The position numbers were made by a program, and so were the translations under genes. The notes under the pieces were generated by a model. The model was not told the DNA's origin, did no database searches, and saw only the letters and a list, made by a program, of their open reading frames with translations. Below, one piece after another: positions 24,282 to 32,020 of a stretch of 32,020 nt of DNA. Source of the stretch: Nemertoderma westbladi (taxonomy: Eukaryota > Animalia > Xenacoelomorpha). Where the stretch lies: assembly GCA_032718475.1 (NCBI GenBank), contig JAUCBJ010003000.1, positions 1-32,020 of the forward strand, written 5' to 3'. Every line of letters begins with the position of its first letter. The stretch's first letter is position 1.

Positions 24282-25422
24282 CAATCTTTGAATGCCTATT
24301 TCTCAGCTGTTTCTCAACAAAAATTAAGACATTGTTACATATTTAGAATCCTTGCAACGCATGCTTTTTATTGATATGAAAAAATTACGACTAATGGAAG
24401 AATGGCAATGATACGGATGGTGTGATTTCGCAAAAGAGACTTTTTTAACACGCTTATAGAAAAAATTTAAAGGCGAAATCGAAAATTCCGGCTTCATGGT
24501 AACAACCACGGTGAGTTGAACTAGTTGTGTTTCAAATTTCAAGCAATGGGATAATGATTTGTAGAAAAATTTGGTGTCATGTGGTCAAAATGGGTCCGTG
24601 TCATCAGAAAATGACACTATATTACGGGTCATGGTGTATATATTACTGAGATATTATATTTTATAACGACCCTTCAACTGCGCTTGACAACTGTTGCTGT
24701 GTTATGGCTGACGTCAAAGGCACAAGTTCCTAAAACGGCCTGATTTTTCGATGTTGCTAATTTTGCGTTTTAAAATCGCTATAACTCAGCCAATATTATT
24801 TTTTTGAAGTCAAATTGCTCTCTGGGGTTTTCTCACATGCTCTTTCACATGAAATCAACCTAAACTCGAATATATTTTCCGAGTCGCTGTTCTACGCGGG
24901 TCGAGCTATCCCATTCATTAATAAAAGATTGAGCGATATAGTAGTGTTACAAAAAAATTGAACCGCAGTACTTTACTATATTGCTTCCATAGTTACAACG
25001 ATTCAAATTATTGTAATCTTCAACTCCTGATGCTGCCTTACTCAATAATGCTTACTCAATAGACTAGAGAGCAGCTTTAACTACATAAACCAATATTGGA
25101 TATTGAGTTCCGTTTTGGAGTTCGCCTTGCAGACACTAAAGTTGCAATAACTTTTGAGTGTGTGAATGGATTTTGCTCAAATTAAGTGCAAACCTTTTCT
25201 ACGTCGATTCAACACATGTAATAAAATTTAAGAAAATCCAACAAAAATACTTTATTTTACTTTTTTTTCTGCGGGAAAAAAGTAATATCAATGCAATTCT
25301 TTGGGTTACTATTTTTCCCTCGGGAATAAAGTGAAACTTTTCTCCAGACTTTGAGGTTTATTCGAGAGAAAAAAATTACAATTTAAGAATACAAAATATT
25401 ATTCTGCAGAAGTCTAACTAAC

Positions 25423-25602
25423 CTTCCTTTCTCATACCCATTTTAAGGCACTTTTTCAGTCGGCAAAACTGGCATTGGTTGCGGTGGTGTATATCCACAG
25501 GGCAGTTCTTCTGGCTGCGGCAACTGTAGGCAAGATTGCGGCGCACAGACCTCTTGAAAAAACTTTTGCAACCTTCGCAGGTGAATTGTCCGTAATGTTT
25601 TC
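25423..25602 (-). CDS. NR2F: NR2F exon: core C4 zinc-finger DNA-binding domain (not in the ORF track)
   Basis: Hand translation [59 protein letters not shown]; P-box CEGCKS typical of NR2F; ttttag|GA ... GAA G|gttagt; 180 nt, phase 1-1. Confidence 0.97.
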
Positions 25603-26659
25603 CTAAAAGGGAATACCAATTATAGATTTTAAAATTTCCCTATAGCAAAATAATTACTCGCTAAAAATCTCTGATATCTCATTGGATGTTTAAACGTTTG
25701 GAAACGTATTTTTTGGACGTATTTCTAATCCCCAACTGTTCCAGGCAAATCAGGGGACATTATTAGGAATAGGTCATGGCATAGGACCTCCCACAAAAAT
25801 ACAAAAAAATTGAAAATAAATAAATAATAAGATTATTAGAATTATTATTATTATTATAATATAACTCACTTACTTATTATATTAAGAAACATTATTAAAT
25901 TAAATGTTTGAAATATGCCAGCAATCCCTTACAATTAAAATTCACAGGGAAGTAGTTAGGGGCGCCGAAAGCATAGACCTTAACTTAGAAAAAGGCTTAT
26001 AAAAGGCTTATAAATCTCCAATACTGAATAACGTTAAAAAAAATAAATTAGTGGTTAGGCGGTGACCCATTAATGCCAGTTGCCTATCTGCGGCTAACAT
26101 GCTAATGTATTATTGATAACGTATTTGAACCTTAACTGCTGTGGGTTATACAAATTTAAAAAATCCCGCCGCATTATTATCTTATTATCTCGGAAAAATC
26201 CATTCTCATCAGTGTTTTTCCAGGAAAAAATACAAATATTTAAAACAAATTTTTTGTTATGGTATGGTGCCTCCAACCTCGTAAGTCCTGCCTTGAGCAA
26301 AACATATTTTTTTAGTTGTCCCCATAGAACTTGTTGTCCCCATGCAGCCTATTATAGTGATATATTCACCAGCGTGGGGCGAGCCACGTAACGAGTCCAG
26401 GTGAGCCCAGATCATGTCGTCGTTCGTCGTTGTCGAAAAGGTTTAAACGCGAATAAGATTGTCAATCTTTGAAGAAATGGAACCAAATTTGGTACAAGTA
26501 AACTATATAAAAAGTTTAGAAATCATACACACAGACAGACTTCTATAGTTCATATGTTGACCGCTAGGGGACGAATGACTAGGTCCAATAATTGTACCTC
26601 TACACAAAGGACCATCTGGACTTACGTGCTGCGCGAAGGCCCAACGAACTTGTAAGATT

Positions 26660-28150
26660 ACCTAGAAGTCAAAACTGCTGCAAAGACTATTAAGACCAAT
26701 CGTGCCGGTGGAGTAGATGGTGTTCCCCCTGAGGTCTTTAAAATACCTGAGTGTTTGAAGCTCATTCACCCCATCATAACAGACATGCACATAACCAAGA
26801 GAGTCCCACAAGAAATGAAAACAAATAAGTTGGTGCCAGTTCTCAAGAAGGGCAACTTAACACTCTATGGTTCTTTTCGGAGAATCTCATTGATCTCAAT
26901 TGCTGCAAAGCTATACAATAGAATTCTATTAAATCGCATCAGGGATCCCATTGAGAGACTGCTCCGTGGAAATCAGAATGGGTTCCGTAAAGGTCGTGGG
27001 ACCATGGAGCCCATTTTGGCACTTAGAAGGATAATTGAAGAATTATCAAAAAAGAAAGACAGGCATCTGGCTGTTATCTTTGTTGACTTCTTCAAGGCCT
27101 TTGATTCAGTCTCTCGCTCACGTATGTTCAGCATACTTGCAATATATATTGATAGTAACAATGTGTTGGCAAGCTGTATTTTTCGAGGTGTTTGTTATTA
27201 TACATTTATTATAGGAAGGGATCTTGGGGTCTTAGCCTCGAATGATAAGTTTATTTTACCGAAAATAACTTATCTTTTATTGGCGCAATTGTAGGACTAA
27301 TCCCATCACATGCGTACTTTTTAACCGGGTAGTGTACAAATTTAGGAATCGCGTAATTTTTTCTTGAAATTAATATCTCATATCTCTCCAAACCACGTAC
27401 GCGTTGCGACCTTACTGGCTCTCATCAGCGTGGTGTCGGATTCGAACCTGGGACCTCGAGGACTTTGCTGATGACCTAGGAGTACTCTCAAAATCACTAT
27501 TGTAGAGGAATCGGACGGCTCCTCAGGTCATTAGAACAGGCTGTTTCTATTGTTGGATATTTTGTAAACTCCAAGAAGGACAAAATTTGACAGTTAATCA
27601 GGAAATGTTTGAACGTATGGGCATAAGCTCTAACGATAGTGTGGTTGAGCATGTCCCTATGGATGACTTAAACTACCTAGGATGAACGACTTCGAATACG
27701 CAAGGAGAAGGCATGGCTTGGGCCGCATTGAATGGGCTGTCCAGGATTTGGATGTCACATAGGAGACGTCAGTAGCTTAAGGTTCGACTATTTAGAGCAG
27801 CAGTAGAACCAGTACTCCTATATAGGAGTTCCATGCTGGGCTCTACTGCCGAGGACACCAAATCTCTGGATGGCACATTCACAAGAATGCTGCGCCTGGT
27901 TCATTTCATTGTGTAAAGTACAATGAACATATCTTCAACCAGACACTATATAATATTGGATGTGTCCCATTTGTCCCCCCAAGCTTGAGACTTGAACAAA
28001 GCCGCCTCCGCTTAGCAGGACATTGCTTAGCCGTAAGGACAAGCCTATGCACAATCGTGTGACCTGAAACGTGTGCAGCAGAAAATATGTAGATCAGATT
28101 ATAAAATAATGGAGATCATGGAGAAAATAAGCATGGTGGGCAGGCCATGA
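26660..28150 (+). mobile_element. Heavily decayed RTE-like LINE reverse-transcriptase remnant, interrupted at about 27145-27460
   Basis: NRAGGVDGVPPEVFK, KLYNRILLNRIRDPIERLLRGNQNGFRKGRGT, FVDFFKAFDSV, then DFADDLGVL at 27461, AWAALNGLSRIW, KVRLFRAAVEPVLLY, RLRLAGHC; multiple stops and frameshifts. Confidence 0.88.
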
Positions 28151-29785
28151 CTTTCTTGAGACACCTTCTTGAGAGACCTCTTGAGACAACCCTACCTTCA
28201 ACCGGTAAAGATATGATTGCATTACACTATTGTAAACAATGTTGATTATCAATTCTAGTTAATGAATTGCTGGTAATTAATAAAAAGAGGCCGTAAATTA
28301 TTTACGATATCCAAATGCCAACCCATTCTTATATGGGTTGTGGGATGATATTGGGACGAGCAGTATTTAACAAATAAGTAGCTGAAATATATGAACCTGC
28401 ATTATACTAGTTGAGTTCAGCAAGATTAGTTGATTCCCCGAAGAGTAAAACACACATTATGAAGCTAATGGCCATATGATATATGATAAATGTTTCAAAA
28501 GACAGAGATGGGGTTGCTTGTAATGTAATTTGATGCAAATGTGTCCAGTCCTTGTCTGTCTTCTGTCTGAACTCTGAAGCTAGTGCTAGTATCATTAATG
28601 ATACAAAGCTTATAGCTGCAAAATATTTGCCTACTGAAACAAATATTTGCCTACTGAAACACGCAAAAAGTTTCGTTTTACAACAATGCAATGAATTGTA
28701 ACTTCAGAATATCAAGAAAACAAACAATAAGCCCTGGAAAAGAGTCGAAATAACGACGTGAAAAAATCCTCCCTAACCCAGAGAGCCTGCAGCTGCAGTA
28801 GATCTATATGATCTATAACGGGGTTAGGCCTAACTTGCTTGATGTGAGATAAGATGTAACGCCCTTCCCCTTTGTGGGAACATCGACGCAAATAACAGCT
28901 GGTTTTTTTATTATGAGCAAAAATGAAACTCTAAAGGGAATACCCCCCCCCCCCCCCCCTCCCACTGTCTCCAAACTGAAATTAACCCTATCCCGCATAT
29001 AATATGTATCATATAATATGATACACGAGTGTAATCGCATATTGTACATTTCCAGTTATAGATAAGAGGCTAATATTTATATTACACCAAGTAACACCTA
29101 TTGGCAACATAATTGAAGAATTTCAACCGCTGATGACAGCCAATGTCATTCCAGGAGGGTTTACGTCGCACAAAAGTACCATGACGTCTTTAAATCTTGC
29201 AGTATGCTGATTTCCCAGCCTTGCCAGACCTTTAATATTAATTTTTAAGAACTAAAAATGAACAGCTAATAAGCAACAATAATGATCTCTTTAAATATGA
29301 TGTTGTTTGACCAATCGTATGCGGCCAAGGCACAGTAAATAGCTGTTGGATTTATCACATTATTATGTTATAACATGCGAATGAGGAAAGAAAAACTGAC
29401 AACTTGAACTATTTATTTATGGGTGGGTAGACAACAGCGTATTTTTGGGGGAGATCCTTTTATGCAACCTTATAAACAATATTTAATACATCCCAAAATT
29501 ATTAAATATTAAGTATTTTGTGGATAGTGTATCTATCATATGTGATGCATTCAATGAATATGAGTTGGAGAAATCTTTTCTTAATTATAAATTTTGTTGG
29601 TGATAATAAATAGACTACCAATGAAGTGAAACAGAGCAACAAATTTAACAACGGAAAATAATCATTGCGGGAAAGGGTTTAGAATAGCGCCAGGCACCTG
29701 TTATTTGCACTTGAATACTTTAAAAAATACAAAATGATCAACAACGATGCTTTGTATAACATGAATAGCTCAGTCCCCCCAAGAG

Positions 29786-29814
29786 GCGACCTTTATTAAC
29801 GTAATAAAGGTCGC
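29786..29814. other. Perfect 13-bp-stem hairpin GCGACCTTTATTA-acg-TAATAAAGGTCGC
   Basis: Read directly; followed by the 12-bp palindrome GCCCTGCAGGGC at 29823-29834. Confidence 0.8.
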
Positions 29815-29879
29815 GTTGCGCGGCCCTGCAGGGCTGCAGGATTTTCAGGCCACACAAAATAAACAAAAGTATCACTCAC

Positions 29880-30058
29880 CACTGCTTTTGTCACCGCAGA
29901 CAACACATTCAACCAAAGACAATTCTGAAGTGTTGTTAGATCCGTTGAGTCGGTTGAGGTCTATGGATGTTTCGGCTGAATGGTCGCCCATGTGTGAGTC
30001 GCCGGAACTGGAACCAGACACTGGGCCACTAGGATCGGGCATCATATACGTTGGTAGA
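29880..30058 (-). CDS. NR2F: NR2F exon: end of A/B region and start of zinc finger I (..LVECVVCGDKSSG)
   Basis: Acceptor tttgttttgcag|T and donor AGT G|gtgagt; 179 nt; ECVVCGDKSSG is the COUP-TF DNA-binding-domain start. Confidence 0.95.
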
Positions 30059-30199
30059 CTGCAAAACAAAAAGACAAAGGCTCATGATTAAAGCAAAAAT
30101 CAGCCATATGCGAGTTATTTAATAAAACCGCATAACTAGGCGAAAGTTACAATAGTAACAAGTAATTTAAATTCCATACCTGATATCCTATCAACCTAC

Positions 30200-30210
30200 C
30201 TCGTCATCAT
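30200..30210 (-). CDS. Candidate alternative first coding exon end (ATG ATG ACG AG|gtaggt)
   Basis: Strong donor AG|GTAGGT in phase 2, compatible with the acceptor at 30058 and giving MMTS-LPTYMM; no transcript evidence. Confidence 0.3.
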
Positions 30211-30944
30211 AAAAAAAACACGCAATTAACGTAATCTGTTACACAGTTATGCTACATTAACTCTAAACTCAAATCACAAACCTCAATTTGCAATTTCAAA
30301 CAGATAAATAGAGTTTGTACTCCGGTACATATTTTCTTATTTATAAAAATCAACAATCAATAAAACAAAAGAATGTGCCAGGCTGAAGGCTATTCAACCA
30401 AAACCATATACAAGATAGCACATACATAGAGATAGCACAACAGGTTACAGTTTCATTTAGGCCTATTTGATCAGCAATATATTAATTGCAAAGATTTACC
30501 CCTGAAGCCACCTAATAGTTATGTGTGTTAGCATTGTTGCACGGATAATTGATCAGGAAGTGTTCGACACACCAATTAAAGGCAACAGTAAGAGAGGTAC
30601 CGGTAGCGCGGTAGCACAAGTAGGAACGTTGGAAAAATATTTATTTGTATTGAGATTACGGGATTATAGTGGGAGATAAAAGGGCATGGGGGCCAGTTGG
30701 TGAGGGAGAGGGACACAAGATAACAAGGGGTATACGAGATGTTAGCAGCAAAGGCAATGCCAATACCCAATACATTGAGTGACGTGAGATAGAAGAACAA
30801 ATCACTTTTGGAGCCGCTTTGGGCCCTTCACTAAAGGGATAATAGAGGCATTGGTTGCCCCTGGGAAGTAGAAGTCTTTATTGGATTGGATATATAGATT
30901 TAGTCTGCTGATGGATAGTTAGCCGTTCTGTTTGCGGTTTGAAG

Positions 30945-31016
30945 AGGTCGAGGTCAAGGTCAAGGTTTATTCCGGGCCAACATTATTCATTTGACCCGTT
31001 TATTTGAAGGTGACCC
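30945..31016 (+). promoter_or_regulatory. Cluster of nuclear-receptor half-sites (AGGTCG-AGGTCA-AGGTCA DR0 run plus two TGACCC)
   Basis: aggtcgaggtcaaggtcaaggttt at 30945-30968; tgaccc near 30992 and 31011; function inferred only. Confidence 0.35.
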
Positions 31017-31553
31017 ACTAAATATGTCCCAAATGGATTTCACCTCGACCCACACCCCCACTAATGTGTATCCCGAGAAATAACCAATACCTACTGTGTA
31101 ACTAACAGTTGTACAGTTGTAAAGTAATTATTGTATGGCGTTAAATCTACAAATAAAAGGTGAGGGGGGGGGGGGTGGTGGGGACTTTCGACGAAATAAA
31201 AAGTCATCCCTCTCCAAGTGAAAATCGACGCAAATAACAGCTGATGATTATAAATATTATTTTTAAATAAAAAAAATAACCTAAATATAAAACTGCTACC
31301 TGTTCTACTGACTTTAGTTTATTGTTATTCAAATAGGTTACGTTCCTGTACCGTCGCAGCTAATACTGCCGTAAATCTTCACATCAATCGTTTGGACATC
31401 ATTCTTTCCAACTTATATATCTCAAAAGTCTTCGGAAAAGGCATATTTGTTTTCCATGTAGTAAATAGTTATATAAACTTATTAGAGACGAACAATATTC
31501 GATATTTTTGGGTTTTCACAGTGGTAGAGTTTTGGTCACAGTGGTCAACTTAC

Positions 31554-31785
31554 TTGTCTGTAATCATATGTAGTCTTGGGGGCGACGGAGTGCATCGTCT
31601 GTTCTCGGGGCTTATTAGCGGCGGGGGACCCGACCTGGAGAACAGACTGGTCGGTTTGTGAACGCTGTCTGGCATCGAGTTGTTTTGGGAGAGAGCGTTG
31701 AGCGGCGGCGGTATGTGGTGGTGATGAAGGAGTAAGGGAGGGGGCAGGGGGAAAGATCTCTGCGATAATATCGATTGGAAAGTAT
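31554..31785 (-). CDS. NR2F: COUP-TF/seven-up (NR2F) upstream-most visible coding exon (Pro/His-rich A/B region); start uncertain (acceptor at 31785 or ATG at 31675)
   Basis: Open frame ...PLPPPLLLHHHHIPPPLNALSQNNSMPDSVHKPT...HMITD ends at GAC AA|gtaagt (perfect donor, phase 2), which matches the phase of the next exon (T CTA CCA). Candidate acceptor ttgctcgcag|AT at 31785. Assignment rests on splice signals and phase, not on recognisable homology. Confidence 0.65.
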
Positions 31786-32020
31786 CTGCGAGCAATAATA
31801 ATAACAAATAATATTTTAAAAATGACCCCCCACCGTCGACCTACAGTTCTGCATGACTGCGCTTTTGATTTGAGTTAGCAAATAGAAATTCTAATATCAG
31901 TTATATAGTACAGTATATAGCTAGACGACCACGATATGGTGCAACGTGCTTGCATTCATAGGCCGCTTGGGAGCACGGAGATGATATAAATCGAAGCCAT
32001 CAGTGAACCATGTACCGGGT

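Larger units (their letters stand above)
20130..24915. mobile_element. Large non-autonomous inverted-repeat (foldback-type) element carrying nested insertions
   Basis: About 170-bp terminal arms (20130-20297 vs 24733-24915) sharing an exact stretch aatattggctgagttatagcgattttaaaacgcaaaattagcaacatcgaaaaatcaggccgttt; degenerate inner arms about 20380-20525 vs 23860-24035. Confidence 0.75.

Noticed and set aside
30174-30190. Second donor-like site ATATCAG|gtatgg for the alternative first exon
   Set aside because: The frame from the ATG at 30210 hits TAG before this donor, so it could only be non-coding.
23163-31661. Assorted 60-95 aa ORFs (23163, 24324, 26094, 26113, 28407, 28813, 29816, 30576, 31392)
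   Set aside because: Low-complexity, antisense-to-exon or repeat-derived frames with no recognisable domain or splice support.

Overview
Eukaryotic (metazoan, AT-rich) genomic DNA, not prokaryotic. Almost the whole window is the interior of one minus-strand gene encoding a COUP-TF/seven-up (NR2F) nuclear receptor. Six coding exons can be read by hand with GT-AG junctions whose phases all match: 31785 or 31675..31554, 30058..29880, 25602..25423, 19613..19475, 3787..3652 and 2240..1994. The final ligand-binding-domain exon(s) lie beyond the left edge. The introns are inflated by three unrelated tandem arrays that together make up about 46% of the window: a 19-mer (1-1868), a palindrome-rich 63-mer (4088-5895) and a very homogeneous 216-copy 51-mer (6963-17981). 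They also hold two decayed RTE-like LINEs, nested foldback/MITE-like elements, tRNA-derived SINE pieces and a 47-bp TIR+TSD micro-element. The long repetitive ORFs in the ORF track are artefacts of the arrays. I see no convincing novel protein-coding system. The best leads are the nested duplication history of the 51-mer array, intronic clusters of AGGTCA nuclear-receptor half-sites (possible autoregulation), a candidate alternative first exon, and the micro-transposon.
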